A stretch of 64,000 nt of DNA from contig DAIQMY010000002.1 in NCBI GenBank assembly GCA_036788695.1, positions 2,394 through 66,393 on the forward strand. The letters run 5' to 3'. The notes below the pieces were generated by a model. It saw only the letters and a list, made by a program, of their open reading frames with translations. It made no database searches and was not told the origin of the DNA. This document shows, piece by piece, positions 49,322-59,843 of the stretch. How positions within the stretch are numbered: the stretch's first letter is position 1; every line of letters begins with the position of its first letter. The position numbers and the translations under genes are program-made. Source of the stretch: Candidatus Levyibacteriota bacterium. GTDB taxonomy: Bacteria; Patescibacteriota; Microgenomatia; Levybacterales; GWA1-39-11.

Positions 49322-50402
49322 AGATATTCTAACTGTACTTTTAATATTATTTTTTTGGAGAATATATTTTATTGTTACTCAATCAAATACGTATAGAATA
49401 GTGGAGCGTGAGGGTTATTTGGGTTTTCTTAAGATAGCAAATTTTGATGGTAAATTTTATTTAAATATTGCTCAGTATGGCTATCAGGGACTAGACCAAG
49501 CTTTTTTCCCCTTTTTCCCATTAGCAATACGGACTTTAATTTTTATAGGGCTTGAGCCAATAAGCGCTGCAATAATCATAGTTTCTTTATCACTATTTTT
49601 ACTTTTATATTTTCTAGCAAAACTTGTTCAGATTGATTATCCTGGTAGCACATACATTTGGGTCCTTTTGTTTTTTTTATCATTTCCAACATCATTTTTT
49701 TTAGGAAGTATTTATACGGAAAGTTTATTCCTATTTCTCACGATTTTATCCTTTTACTGTGTACGAAAGAAGCACATATTTCTAGGGGGGATAATCGGAG
49801 GATTTGCTGCAGGCACAAGAATAGTAGGAATATTTTTATTTCCTGCATTAGTATATGAGGTATATGAACAACAAAAAAAGCAAAAGAAAAAAAACATAAA
49901 AGCATATCTTCCGCTTCTGTTCATTCCTTTTGGTCTGTTTTCTTACATGGGCTACCTTTGGTATAAGTACTCAGACGCGTTGCTTTTTGTTCACCAACAG
50001 CCATTATTTGGAGCAGGAAGAAGTGGTGGGGAGATAATACTACTCCCACAGGTAATATATAGATACTTTAAAATATTTATTTCAGTTCCCTACCACGAAT
50101 TGCTCTTCACAATTTCTTTAATGGAATTTTTAACGCTTTTCATGGGAATGCTTATTTTATTTTTAGGGTATAAAAGTAATATACGAAAGAGCTACCTACT
50201 ATTTTCATTTTGCGTATTACTTTTTCCCACACTATCTGGTACTCTTTCTTCTTTGCCTCGTTATGTATTATGTGCTTTTGCTATTTTTATTTATTTAGGT
50301 TTGCTGAAAAATAAAATTATTAAAATAGTGCTTATAATTTCCGGGTTAATCATTGAAAGCATTTTTGCTATTTTGTTTTTCCAGGGTTATTTCATTGCGT
50401 AA
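49296..50402 (+). CDS. PIG-V/Gpi18-like (GT76, Mannosyl_trans2) polytopic mannosyltransferase homolog
   Basis: 'GFLKIANFDGKFYLNIAQYGYQG...AFFPFFPLAI' resembles the WD..HYL.IA..GY...AFFPL signature of GPI mannosyltransferase II. The probable ATG start at 49296 overlaps the upstream gene by 26 nt. The ORF track gives 49224. Confidence 0.5.
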   Translation: MKKFIQRNKDILTVLLILFFWRIYFIVTQSNTYRIVEREGYLGFLKIANFDGKFYLNIAQYGYQGLDQAFFPFFPLAIRTLIFIGLEPISAAIIIVSLSLFLLLYFLAKLVQIDYPGSTYIWVLLFFLSFPTSFFLGSIYTESLFLFLTILSFYCVRKKHIFLGGIIGGFAAGTRIVGIFLFPALVYEVYEQQKKQKKKNIKAYLPLLFIPFGLFSYMGYLWYKYSDALLFVHQQPLFGAGRSGGEIILLPQVIYRYFKIFISVPYHELLFTISLMEFLTLFMGMLILFLGYKSNIRKSYLLFSFCVLLFPTLSGTLSSLPRYVLCAFAIFIYLGLLKNKIIKIVLIISGLIIESIFAILFFQGYFIA

Positions 50403-50407
50403 TTATA

Positions 50408-51667
50408 ATGAGGAAACATATAAAAAAAGTAATATCGCACCCACTCATATCAGGGAGTACGATAATATTTATAGGTTCATTTGGTGGAAATATATTAAAT
50501 TATCTCTTTAATCTTTCCGCGGGTAGACTGCTATCCATAAACGATTATAGAATACTTATTTCTCTTACTGCTCTTATAACACTTCTAATGCTTTTTCAAT
50601 CTGCATGGACAAATGTATTCACGAAGTTAGCCGCAAAATATGCCCATCAGGGCATAAGCTCTCAAGGATATCTAATTCGTTCTGGGGTAAAGTTAACATT
50701 TAGTGTAGGTGCTGTATATTTGGCAGTATTAATCTTACTCATTCAGCCTATATCTTTATATTTGCACATAGATAATACGCTTGTGGTGTTGACCATGCTT
50801 TGCTCTGTATTTTTCGCAATCGCGGGATCATTACCTTCAGGAATATTGCAAGGAAACCTGAAATTTATATGGGCATCTCTGTCAAATATTGCAGGCGCTT
50901 TGGGAAAGTTAATTATAGGAGTTATTCTTATTATATTCGGATGGGGACTATTTGGTGCAGCCCTAGCAGTGTTGTTTGCATTTATTATTCCATATATTTT
51001 TTCAATGACTTATGTATTAAAAAAATATAATTTGGAAAATTCGAAAGATAAAACGCATGTTGATTTTTTTGCAGAATTTAAAAAAATTTCTGGGGCATTT
51101 TTTATCGCTTCAATAGCTATTACTGTTCTTCAGGGAACTGACGTAATTTTTGCAAGTCATTATCTGAGTGATATTGAGGCAGGTCAATATGCTGCACTAT
51201 CCCTTATGGGAAAAGCCATTTTTTATATCACCTCTCCGATATATTTTGTATTTTTCCCATTGATTGCTCACAAAAAAGAAAAAAATGAAAATACATCCGG
51301 AACTATTCTTTTAGCGTCGACTATCATCTTTCTGTGCTCTGGGTTTCTCACGTTCATATACTTTGCATTTCCCTCGCTTGTTTTAAAAATTTTTTTCCCG
51401 GACCCTGTATACCAACCATTAACTGCATATTTAGGATTTTATTCAATATACATCATGATATTTTCCTTTTGCTTTTTATTGTATAACTTCTTTTTATCTG
51501 CAGGAAAGATAGGGGTATATAAAATTAATTTGGCTATCGCTATTTTATATATTTTTTCCCTTTTTGTATATCACAGAACAATTTGGGATTTTATAATTGT
51601 ACTTACTTTTTCTTCATTTTTACTTTTGATATTACTTCTTGTATACTACAAGCATTATGAACATTAA
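50408..51667 (+). CDS. Wzx/MOP-family flippase-like polysaccharide biosynthesis membrane protein (second)
   Basis: A 419-aa protein with about 12 TM helices and the 'polysaccharide biosynthesis protein' topology. Confidence 0.55.
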   Translation: MRKHIKKVISHPLISGSTIIFIGSFGGNILNYLFNLSAGRLLSINDYRILISLTALITLLMLFQSAWTNVFTKLAAKYAHQGISSQGYLIRSGVKLTFSVGAVYLAVLILLIQPISLYLHIDNTLVVLTMLCSVFFAIAGSLPSGILQGNLKFIWASLSNIAGALGKLIIGVILIIFGWGLFGAALAVLFAFIIPYIFSMTYVLKKYNLENSKDKTHVDFFAEFKKISGAFFIASIAITVLQGTDVIFASHYLSDIEAGQYAALSLMGKAIFYITSPIYFVFFPLIAHKKEKNENTSGTILLASTIIFLCSGFLTFIYFAFPSLVLKIFFPDPVYQPLTAYLGFYSIYIMIFSFCFLLYNFFLSAGKIGVYKINLAIAILYIFSLFVYHRTIWDFIIVLTFSSFLLLILLLVYYKHYEH

Positions 51668-52403
51668 ATTCCTTTCTTTAGTCGTACCAACATATCACCA
51701 GGAGAAAAGTATTGTGAAAAATATTACTTCTCTTGAAAATTCACTACAAGCAACCGGGATACCGTATGAAATAGTAGTGGTTATAGATGGGATAGTGGAC
51801 AATACTCAAAAGAAGTTAAACAAGATAGAAAGTAAACATGTAAAAATTTTTTCATATCAGGAAAATCAGGGCAAAGGGTATGCGGTAAGGTATGGAATGC
51901 TGCAGGCAAAAGGGGATGTTATAGGATTTATTGATGGTGGATTTGACCTAGACCCAACGGGGATACTTATGTTGTTGAATCATATGGTTTGGTATAACGC
52001 TGACATTATTGTAGGGAGTAAACTGCATCCAGTCTCAAAAGTTAAATATCCTTTTTATAGAAAAGTACTTTCTTGGGGATATAGAACAATTACCCATATT
52101 CTTTTTGGCTTCAAAGTGAGGGATACACAGGTTGGACTTAAGCTATTTAAAAAAAGAGTAGTACAAGATGTTTTCCCTAGATTAGTTGTGAAGAAATTTG
52201 CATTTGATGTAGAGGTTTTAGCTGTATCATACAGAATGGGCTACAAAAGAATTTATGAGGCTCCGGTAAAACTTAATTTTAGAAATACAAGCACGATAAA
52301 AACGAGCACATTTTGGGGAATAATATCTCATATGCTTTGGGATACACTAGGCGTGTATTATAGGTTAAAGATATTACGATACTACGATAAGGTAAAACAA
52401 TAA
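51657..52403 (+). CDS. GT2 polyprenyl-phosphate sugar synthase, DPM1/GtrB-like (fourth)
   Basis: 'LSLVVPTYHQEKSI...EIVVVIDGIVDNT...IGFIDGGFDLDP...IIVGSKLH'. The ATG at 51657 overlaps the upstream gene by 11 nt. Confidence 0.7.
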   Translation: MNIKFLSLVVPTYHQEKSIVKNITSLENSLQATGIPYEIVVVIDGIVDNTQKKLNKIESKHVKIFSYQENQGKGYAVRYGMLQAKGDVIGFIDGGFDLDPTGILMLLNHMVWYNADIIVGSKLHPVSKVKYPFYRKVLSWGYRTITHILFGFKVRDTQVGLKLFKKRVVQDVFPRLVVKKFAFDVEVLAVSYRMGYKRIYEAPVKLNFRNTSTIKTSTFWGIISHMLWDTLGVYYRLKILRYYDKVKQ

Positions 52404-53524
52404 TGCACGTATTAATATTTAATTGGAGAGATATAAAAAATCCACAATCAGGTGGAGCTGAGATTTTAACCCATGAAATATCTAAATATCTTGTACGAAA
52501 AAATCATGAAGTAACAGTATTCACCTCTGAATTTCCAGGTAGCAAGAAGCAAGAAACAATAGATGGTGTAAAGATTGTAAGAGCAGGTCATCCTGATTTA
52601 AGACATGGGTTTTCATCCGTGCATTATAATGCTTATAAATATTATAAAAAAAAGAAATTTGGACATATAGATGTTGTGATAGATGAGGTTCATGGAGTTC
52701 CATTTTTTACACCACTATATATAAAAGAAAAAAAAGCAGCACTTATTTGTGAGTACGCAGGTGATCTTTGGAAATATGCAGTCCCCTTCCCATTTAGTAT
52801 TCTTGGTCAATTGTTTGAACATCTCTACCCATTTTTATATAAAAAAGACAAGATTATCACTATATCTAAATCTTCTAAGCACGAATTAGGAAAGTTATTT
52901 TCGGAAAAAATGATCAGCGTGGTATATCCTGGATGTTTATCACCTGTGATTAAAAACATACCTCAAAAATTATTCCCTTTAACGTTTGTATTTATTGCGC
53001 GGCTTGCGAAAACCAAAGGCATAGAGGATGCAATTGAAATGATGAGAATTTTAAGAAAGTCAGAAGGCAATGCTAAGTTATATGTTATAGGAAGAGGAGA
53101 TAAGGACTATGTAGACAAGCTAAAAAAAGATATTCAAAAAAAAGGGTTAGGTTCGGCAATTCACTTTTGTGGTTTTGTAAGTGATAAAGAAAAATATGAA
53201 ATAATAGATAAGTCTCATATATTAATTGCCCCATCCAGAAAAGAGGGGTGGGGTTTAACGGTACATGAGGTTGGAGCAAGAGGAGTTCCGACAGTAGGCT
53301 ACAATGTTCTAGGCTTAAATGAGGTTATAATAAAAAATGTAAATGGGGAGATCTGTCGTGTAAATACCCCTTACGAACTAGCTAAATTATCCCTATCTCT
53401 CTATAGGGATAAGTCACGATACAAAATGTTACAGAAGGGTGCGCTATCTGAACGAAAGAAGTTTACCTGGGAGAAGACAGGAGAAACATTTTTAAGACAA
53501 ATAAGCGAAAATGAAAAAGAATAA
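52403..53524 (+). CDS. GT4 glycosyltransferase (K3)
   Basis: 'KEGWGLTVHEVGARGVPTVGYNVLGLNEVI'. Confidence 0.8.
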   Translation: MHVLIFNWRDIKNPQSGGAEILTHEISKYLVRKNHEVTVFTSEFPGSKKQETIDGVKIVRAGHPDLRHGFSSVHYNAYKYYKKKKFGHIDVVIDEVHGVPFFTPLYIKEKKAALICEYAGDLWKYAVPFPFSILGQLFEHLYPFLYKKDKIITISKSSKHELGKLFSEKMISVVYPGCLSPVIKNIPQKLFPLTFVFIARLAKTKGIEDAIEMMRILRKSEGNAKLYVIGRGDKDYVDKLKKDIQKKGLGSAIHFCGFVSDKEKYEIIDKSHILIAPSRKEGWGLTVHEVGARGVPTVGYNVLGLNEVIIKNVNGEICRVNTPYELAKLSLSLYRDKSRYKMLQKGALSERKKFTWEKTGETFLRQISENEKE

Positions 53525-54836
53525 AAATAAACTATTTTTAATTTTGTGTGTAAGTATAATCATAGTAGGATTTTTGCTGAGGTTTCATAATTATAATGTA
53601 TGGCCAAGGTTAGGTGCTACTTTTGACGAGTATGCATGGACGTGGCAGGGAATGAATTTAATACAGCAAGGTGTTCCGATATCATGGTCTCCACATCCAC
53701 AGTACGCAAATTCACAATCAATAGTATATCAGCAAACTCATTTTCGAATTGTTAGGCCGTTTTTGGAGCACCCTCCTCTTTTTGGTATTGTTGCAGGGGG
53801 ATTTGCGATCTTAAACGGAGCAACGGATATGTATAGCCTTCACCTATCGCAAATTCGTCCCTTGGCGCTTATATTAGGAATGCTAAGTCTTGCGCTTATA
53901 ATTGCGTTAAGCACTGAATTATATGGCAAAAAAATAGGTATATTTGTGGGTATTTTATATGCAACAATACCTACAATTGTAATAGGATCAAGAATTGTAC
54001 AGAATGAAAATTTTTTTATCCCAGTATGGTTATTCGCATTGTTTTTGACTGCAAGGTACATACGTACTAAAAGGAAATGGCTTAGAAATTTAGTTATTTT
54101 ACTCTGTGCTTTATTAGTTTTAGCAAAGATTCCGTGGGTAGCCGCTGGATTGTCAATAATTGCGATCTTCTTGTATTACAAAAATTATAAAGATGCAGTC
54201 TTTGTACTAAGCGGGATACTTACTGCATTTATTTTTTTTGCTTTATATGGACTATTTTTTGACTGGAATTTATTTGTGAATCTTTGGAAGCTTCAAGCTG
54301 CGCGATATGACATAACATTTACCAGTATATATGCATTATTTCAAAAACCATTTCTTATAGACAGGTATTATACTGATGGTTGGATATATTTTGGATGGTT
54401 TGCTGCAATTCTTTTATTCTCAAAAGATGTAAAGAAGTATATTTTTGTAGTTGCTCCAATAGTGTCATATTTCCTGATTTTTTTAGCGGGCATACCTGAT
54501 GAGGCGGGACATGGGTGGTATAGGTATCCGTTTTATCCCTTCCTTATTATTTCAATTGCCTTATTTATAAAAGATTACTATGCAAAAAATTTCCTTTTAA
54601 CCTTTATTTTTTTGGTTTTAATCGGAACGAGTTTATTTGGAAATACGTGGGGGCAAGTATTTGGTTATTCAGTTATTGTTTTTAGAGTTATTATTGTCTC
54701 GTGGGCATTTGTTCTGATGTCATATCTTCCTCTATTTAAAAATACAGATAAATTTGGTAAAGTAGTCTCTTATTCATGGTTTTACATATTTATCTTAATG
54801 AATATATGGTCAGTTCTAATCTACAATGAGCAATAA
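53511..54836 (+). CDS. GT-C PMT/ArnT-like membrane glycosyltransferase (DE-motif type)
   Basis: 'WPRLGATFDEYAWTWQGMNLIQQGVPISWSPH' after TM1. It is a 441-aa polytopic protein. Confidence 0.5.
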   Translation: MKKNKNKLFLILCVSIIIVGFLLRFHNYNVWPRLGATFDEYAWTWQGMNLIQQGVPISWSPHPQYANSQSIVYQQTHFRIVRPFLEHPPLFGIVAGGFAILNGATDMYSLHLSQIRPLALILGMLSLALIIALSTELYGKKIGIFVGILYATIPTIVIGSRIVQNENFFIPVWLFALFLTARYIRTKRKWLRNLVILLCALLVLAKIPWVAAGLSIIAIFLYYKNYKDAVFVLSGILTAFIFFALYGLFFDWNLFVNLWKLQAARYDITFTSIYALFQKPFLIDRYYTDGWIYFGWFAAILLFSKDVKKYIFVVAPIVSYFLIFLAGIPDEAGHGWYRYPFYPFLIISIALFIKDYYAKNFLLTFIFLVLIGTSLFGNTWGQVFGYSVIVFRVIIVSWAFVLMSYLPLFKNTDKFGKVVSYSWFYIFILMNIWSVLIYNEQ

Positions 54837-55968
54837 ATTTCCGCGAAATCTATCAAAAAAGAGTAAAAGACTTATTCAAGACAACTATATATATTCTTCA
54901 GTATTGTTTTGTACAGCAGATCCAACAAAAGATGCTGGTGGAATAGCTAAATATTTTGTTGCTCGTTCAAAGATATGTATGACGTTTTACTTTCCTCTTG
55001 GTTACATGTCAAAGCCAACATATTTTAGAAAATATAAGATGGGAGTCCTAGAGTCTGAAAAAATATTCCATTCTTATACAGGGAGAAACACATTTATAAA
55101 AAATATTCAGAATTACTTATTTTTCATTTACTGTTTGTTATTTTTTGTTCCAAGAAAAACTTTTATACTTACGAATGCTCCTATATATTGTTTCGGGTAC
55201 TTCATTTTTGCATTCATAAAATTGCATAAATATATATTATGGCTAGGTGATTATTATCCTCAAAAAAGCATTTTTATTTATTTACACAACATCTTTATAG
55301 ATTATCTAAATAAAAATCTCCAATATGTTTTATACATAAGTCCACCGCTGAGTAGGCTTTACGAGTCTAAAAGAAGAAATAAAAAATATACAAAAGTTAT
55401 ACAACTCGGCATGGAGAATGAAAAAATTACGTATAAAAAAAATAAATCTAAAATAAAACTTGGATTTATCGGGATATTACGAAACCAACAAGGGATAGAA
55501 CTAGCATTTTCGTATTTAGCCTTACATAAAAATATTTCACTTGATATAGTTGGTGGTGGATATTGGCTAGCTTACTATAAGAAATTAGCGCGTAAATTGA
55601 ATATTAACAGTAGAGTTACTTTTTACGGAAGCGTTGATGATGTATCTACTATTTTTCAAAAATGGGATATTGGAATAGCATTATATGAGGATACCGTTGA
55701 TAACCTCTCAAGGTATTGTGAGCCGACAAAATTGAAAAAGTATCTGTCATATGGTCTTCCGGTCATAACTACACGTGCAACATATTTTAGTAGAGAGATA
55801 GAAGAAAGTGGTGTTGGAGTTGTAATAGATGAAAATACTTATTCACTAGGTGTCGCAATTAAAAATATTATTTTAAATTATGATACGTACCAACATAAAA
55901 TTGGTAAATTACTTAAGAAATATGAATATGTTTCATGGTATGACAAAAAATTTGCATTTATGAGATAA
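54826..55968 (+). CDS. GT4-like glycosyltransferase (K4)
   Basis: The C-terminal 'KLKKYLSYGLPVITTRATYFSREIEESGVGVVID' fits GT-B, but the N-terminal half is atypical. Confidence 0.55.
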   Translation: MSNKFPRNLSKKSKRLIQDNYIYSSVLFCTADPTKDAGGIAKYFVARSKICMTFYFPLGYMSKPTYFRKYKMGVLESEKIFHSYTGRNTFIKNIQNYLFFIYCLLFFVPRKTFILTNAPIYCFGYFIFAFIKLHKYILWLGDYYPQKSIFIYLHNIFIDYLNKNLQYVLYISPPLSRLYESKRRNKKYTKVIQLGMENEKITYKKNKSKIKLGFIGILRNQQGIELAFSYLALHKNISLDIVGGGYWLAYYKKLARKLNINSRVTFYGSVDDVSTIFQKWDIGIALYEDTVDNLSRYCEPTKLKKYLSYGLPVITTRATYFSREIEESGVGVVIDENTYSLGVAIKNIILNYDTYQHKIGKLLKKYEYVSWYDKKFAFMR

Positions 55969-56070
55969 CATTCTTCCACGTATTTGATACAATTGTGCTC
56001 GGGAGTGATCATTCTAGTTAAAACTCCTCTGCATTCTAGCTGTTAGTTTAGTATACTGCCCTTAAGAGGT

Positions 56071-57090
56071 ATGAAAAAAATAATTTATCCGTCAGTTTCT
56101 ATTGTAATCGCAACATTTAATTCTTCGAGAACACTTGAGCTATGTCTAAAGAAGGTGAATGAGCAAGATTACTCTAAGAAGGATATTGAAATAATTACGG
56201 CAGACGGCGGATCAACTGATAATACAAGATCTATAGCAAAGAAATTTGGTGCAAGAATAATTAAGGTTGACCCAAAAAAGCAAAATGCGGAATACAACAA
56301 AGCAATTGGGCTTGCGAATTCGCAAAATGACATAGTATTATTTCTAGATCACGATAATATCATCCCGCATCCGAACTGGCTTAAGAATCTTATTTTACCA
56401 CTAGTAATTGATCGAAAGCTTGTAGGTTCTGAGCCTGCACGATTTCATTATGATCCCTCAATGACAGTACTGGATCGTTATATAGCATTAATTGGCGGTT
56501 CTGATCCAGTTGTCTATTATTTAGGTAAAGATTCGCACTTAAGTTATGCCGCAAAAACATATAATTTATTAGGCAAGGCTAAAGATATGGGATCTTACTA
56601 TAAGGTTATATATTCAAAAAAAGGAATACCAGCATTGGGAGGAAATGGTGCCGCACTAGTTAGAAAAAAACTTTTAAAATATACAAAGTGTGATCCCGAA
56701 AATTTTACACATACAGATGTGGTGGCTGATTTGATCCGATCTGGTAATAATAATTATGCTATTGTTAAAGACACGATAATACATCTAACGAACGATAAGT
56801 TTTTCCACTTTCTTAAACGAAGAAAATATTTTATAGAAAAATATCAACCTGAGAATGAGTATAAAAGACGATATTATATTTATGATCCTCATTTTGACAA
56901 AAAAAAATTATTGTTATATATTCTATTTTCTCTAACATTCATTGTTCCAACATGGGATGCGTTGAAAGGTTTTTATAAGGTTCATGATTTTGCGTGGTTT
57001 TTACACCCTATCATGTGTTTTGTATTCTTAATGTTGTATGCCCCTCCAGCTTTTAAGGGTGGGGTGAGGCAGGTAATTTTTGGAAAATAA
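56071..57090 (+). CDS. GT2 glycosyltransferase
   Basis: 'VSIVIATFNSSRTLELCLKKV...IITADGGSTDNT...LFLDHDN'. It is preceded by a 102-bp intergenic region with a TATACT -10-like element and an AGAGG SD. Confidence 0.75.
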   Translation: MKKIIYPSVSIVIATFNSSRTLELCLKKVNEQDYSKKDIEIITADGGSTDNTRSIAKKFGARIIKVDPKKQNAEYNKAIGLANSQNDIVLFLDHDNIIPHPNWLKNLILPLVIDRKLVGSEPARFHYDPSMTVLDRYIALIGGSDPVVYYLGKDSHLSYAAKTYNLLGKAKDMGSYYKVIYSKKGIPALGGNGAALVRKKLLKYTKCDPENFTHTDVVADLIRSGNNNYAIVKDTIIHLTNDKFFHFLKRRKYFIEKYQPENEYKRRYYIYDPHFDKKKLLLYILFSLTFIVPTWDALKGFYKVHDFAWFLHPIMCFVFLMLYAPPAFKGGVRQVIFGK

Positions 57091-57092
57091 TC

Positions 57093-58037
57093 ATGAAAAA
57101 GCGCAATTTTTGGAATAAAAAAAAGGTTTTAATTACTGGTTCCGGAGGATTTGTAGGAACCCATTTAAAAGAAAAGTTGAGGAAGCTAGGAGCTGATGTA
57201 TATGGTGTATCAAGATCCTCTAGTGACAAGCATGATTACAAAGAGAATATTACTAATCTGTCTGCGGTTGAGGGAATCATCAAAAAGAATCGTATTCAAA
57301 TCTGCTATCATTTAGCAGCTGAGGCATTAGTAGAATCAGGTCAAAGTGATCCATATAACACTTTTAAAAATAATATTACTGGTGCGTTAAATGTTCTTGA
57401 ATGCTCAAGAAAATATAATCTTGAAAAAATTATAATCGCATCCACGTCACATGTATACGGAGATCATAAACCACCATATCTTGAAAGATTTTCTCCTAGG
57501 CCGTCAAGACCATACGAAACTTCAAAAACATGTATTGATTTAATTGCACAGAGCTATGCAAATACATTTTCTCTTCCTGTTATAATACCGCGTTTTGTAA
57601 ACACATATGGTCCTGGAGATACTAATTTTAATCGTCTTATACCTAAGACAATCAAAAGCATTTTAGAAAATAAACCCCCGCTTATGTGGGGTGGAAAAGC
57701 AAGACGAGACTATTTATATATTGATGATGTTATTTCAGCGTATACATTGTTGGGAGAGACAAAAATGGAAAAATTTGGGAAAAACAGAATATATAATTTT
57801 GGAAGTAATAATATATATTCTGTCCAAGAGATAATTGAAATTTTGATTAAGATGTCAGGAAAAGACTTGGAAATTGTGAGAAAAAAAGATGAAAGGGATT
57901 TTGAGATAAAAATTCAGTTCTCTTCTTTTAAAAAAGCAAATAGAATATTGGGTTGGAGTCCAAAATTTTCTATAGACCGGGGCCTATTGCTTACAATTCC
58001 ATGGTACAAGAAAAACCTTAATAAGATCATAAAATAA
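57093..58037 (+). CDS. NDP-hexose 4,6-dehydratase-like SDR, closest to the CDP-glucose 4,6-dehydratase (RfbG/DdhB) family
   Basis: The N-terminus 'RNFWNKKKVLITGSGGFVG' resembles DdhB 'NSFWQGKRVFVTGHTGFKG'. It also carries 'HLAAEALVESGQSDPYNTFKNNITGALNVLE' and the catalytic 'YETSK'. Confidence 0.55.
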   Translation: MKKRNFWNKKKVLITGSGGFVGTHLKEKLRKLGADVYGVSRSSSDKHDYKENITNLSAVEGIIKKNRIQICYHLAAEALVESGQSDPYNTFKNNITGALNVLECSRKYNLEKIIIASTSHVYGDHKPPYLERFSPRPSRPYETSKTCIDLIAQSYANTFSLPVIIPRFVNTYGPGDTNFNRLIPKTIKSILENKPPLMWGGKARRDYLYIDDVISAYTLLGETKMEKFGKNRIYNFGSNNIYSVQEIIEILIKMSGKDLEIVRKKDERDFEIKIQFSSFKKANRILGWSPKFSIDRGLLLTIPWYKKNLNKIIK

Positions 58038-58059
58038 ATTCTTTAAAGTATAATCAAAA

Positions 58060-58707
58060 ATGAATAATCAAAAAAAAATAGATAGAGGCATAGTTATTAT
58101 TGGAGGTTCTTCCGGTGCGTTGATAGCTGAAGAAATTTTTGAGAGTCAATACGAAAGAATCTTTTTTCTTGAAACGTACTCAAAATCAGTTGTGAAAAGT
58201 AGAATTATTGCAGATACGATTACGAAAGGATTAGACTATTTAAAGAAAAGAGATGTAGAGTATTTTATCGCGACGGGTGATAATAAAAAACGCCAAGAAA
58301 ATTTTCAATTAATTTACAAGCATATTAAGAAGTACCCGGTTAATTGTATTCATGAAAGTGCATATGTCTCAAAAAGCAGCAGTATAGGTTATGGCAATCT
58401 CATTTGTCCTAAAAGCGTAATTCATACAAACGCGTCGATTGGAAATAATACAATTATAAACACCGCTTCCGTTATTGAGCACGATGTTATTGTTTCTGAC
58501 TATGCTCAAATATCTCCAAATGCGACACTCGCAGGAAGGGTAGTTGTGGGAAGGGGTGCATTTCTAGGAGTTGGGAGTGTCGTTATCCCAGATATTAAGA
58601 TAGGAGAATGGGGAGTAATTGCTGCAGGAGCTGCAGTTATAAGCAGCACAAAGAGGAACGCATTATATGCAGGTGTTCCTGCGGTTTATAAAAAAGATTT
58701 AAAATGA
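58060..58707 (+). CDS. Sugar N-acetyltransferase, NeuD/PglD family (left-handed beta-helix)
   Basis: N-terminal Rossmann-like 'IVIIGGSSGALIAEEI' followed by hexapeptide repeats 'IGNNTIINTASVIEHDVIVSDYAQISPNATLAGRVVVGRGAFLGVGSVV'. Confidence 0.75.
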   Translation: MNNQKKIDRGIVIIGGSSGALIAEEIFESQYERIFFLETYSKSVVKSRIIADTITKGLDYLKKRDVEYFIATGDNKKRQENFQLIYKHIKKYPVNCIHESAYVSKSSSIGYGNLICPKSVIHTNASIGNNTIINTASVIEHDVIVSDYAQISPNATLAGRVVVGRGAFLGVGSVVIPDIKIGEWGVIAAGAAVISSTKRNALYAGVPAVYKKDLK

Positions 58708-59843
58708 AAATTCCAATATTTAAACTTGAGTTTGAAAAAGAATTTATTTCAAAATACCTGAGGGGATGTGAGGAGATTTTAACTTCAAACAGACCACTTG
58801 GTGAAGACAAGTATGTTTCTGAATTTGAGCAGAAATTTGCAAAGCTTGTAGGGGCTAAATATGCCTTGGCTACAACAAACGGGACAAGTGCCCTAGAGCT
58901 TGCCTTAAGATGCGTAGATGTAAAGGGCAAGACGGTAATTATTCCTACGAACACGTTTAGCGCTACATCTATCGCGGTATCAAATGCGGGCGGATCATTT
59001 TCTCTTCTTGATATTGAAGAAAATTATTTTTCTTTTTTGCCTGCAGTTTTAGAAAAAGAAATTCTTCGTTTAAAAAAGAAAAAAGAAAAAATTGGAGCAG
59101 TAATTGTTGTTCATATTGGTGGGATTATTACAACAAATATTGCAGGGATAGTATCTGTATGTAGAAAACACAAAGTCCCTCTTATTGAGGATGCGGCACA
59201 TGCACATCTATCACAATATAAAAATTTTAAAGCAGGAACAATAGGTGTTTTTGGCTGCTTTAGTTTTTTCCCAACAAAAGTTATGACAACGGGAGAAGGA
59301 GGAATGATTACGACTAATAGTAAAAAAATGTTTTCACATGCAAAGTCTCTTAAAAATTTTGGCAGAGACAGTAATAACATAGACCTCATAATAAATGAGA
59401 AAGGTGATAATTTTAAAATGAATGAGGTAACTGCACTTTTGGGTTCACTAGAGTGTGATAGGGTATTTAAAAGGGTAGAAAAAAGAAATATGTTAACGGA
59501 TATGTATGTAAACCTTTTGAGAGGATCTTCTTATATTCCTGTTTTGCAAGATGCTGGTCTTTCTTCACAATACAAAATGATACTAAAAACAAAAATAAAA
59601 CAAGAGAAGCTTAAGCCGTTTTGTAAAGCAAATGGAATTTCACTTACTGGTGAAGTTTATAAAATACCTATACATCAGCAGCCTATATACAAAAAATTAT
59701 TCAAACACCAAAAATTTCCAAATTCAGATAGAATTTCTCAGTATCACATATGTCCACCATTGTATCCTGAGCTTACTGTTGCAGAGGTAAAGTATATCTG
59801 CAAAACGTTAATACGTGCAGAAAAAGCGTTTTTAAAAAAATGA
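58704..59843 (+). CDS. DegT/DnrJ/EryC1/StrS-family PLP-dependent sugar aminotransferase
   Basis: 'ALATTNGTSALELAL' and 'FSFFPTKVMTTGEGGMITTN' with the PLP-binding Lys. There is an ATGA overlap. Confidence 0.85.
   Translation: MKIPIFKLEFEKEFISKYLRGCEEILTSNRPLGEDKYVSEFEQKFAKLVGAKYALATTNGTSALELALRCVDVKGKTVIIPTNTFSATSIAVSNAGGSFSLLDIEENYFSFLPAVLEKEILRLKKKKEKIGAVIVVHIGGIITTNIAGIVSVCRKHKVPLIEDAAHAHLSQYKNFKAGTIGVFGCFSFFPTKVMTTGEGGMITTNSKKMFSHAKSLKNFGRDSNNIDLIINEKGDNFKMNEVTALLGSLECDRVFKRVEKRNMLTDMYVNLLRGSSYIPVLQDAGLSSQYKMILKTKIKQEKLKPFCKANGISLTGEVYKIPIHQQPIYKKLFKHQKFPNSDRISQYHICPPLYPELTVAEVKYICKTLIRAEKAFLKK

Noticed and set aside
55969-56070. Direct repeat 'cattctag' (x2, 17 nt apart) and a TATACT box in the 102-bp gap before the GT2 at 56071
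   Set aside because: It is too short and degenerate to call an operator. The SD-to-ATG spacing is odd at 2 nt. I kept it only as a weak promoter note in the feature evidence.
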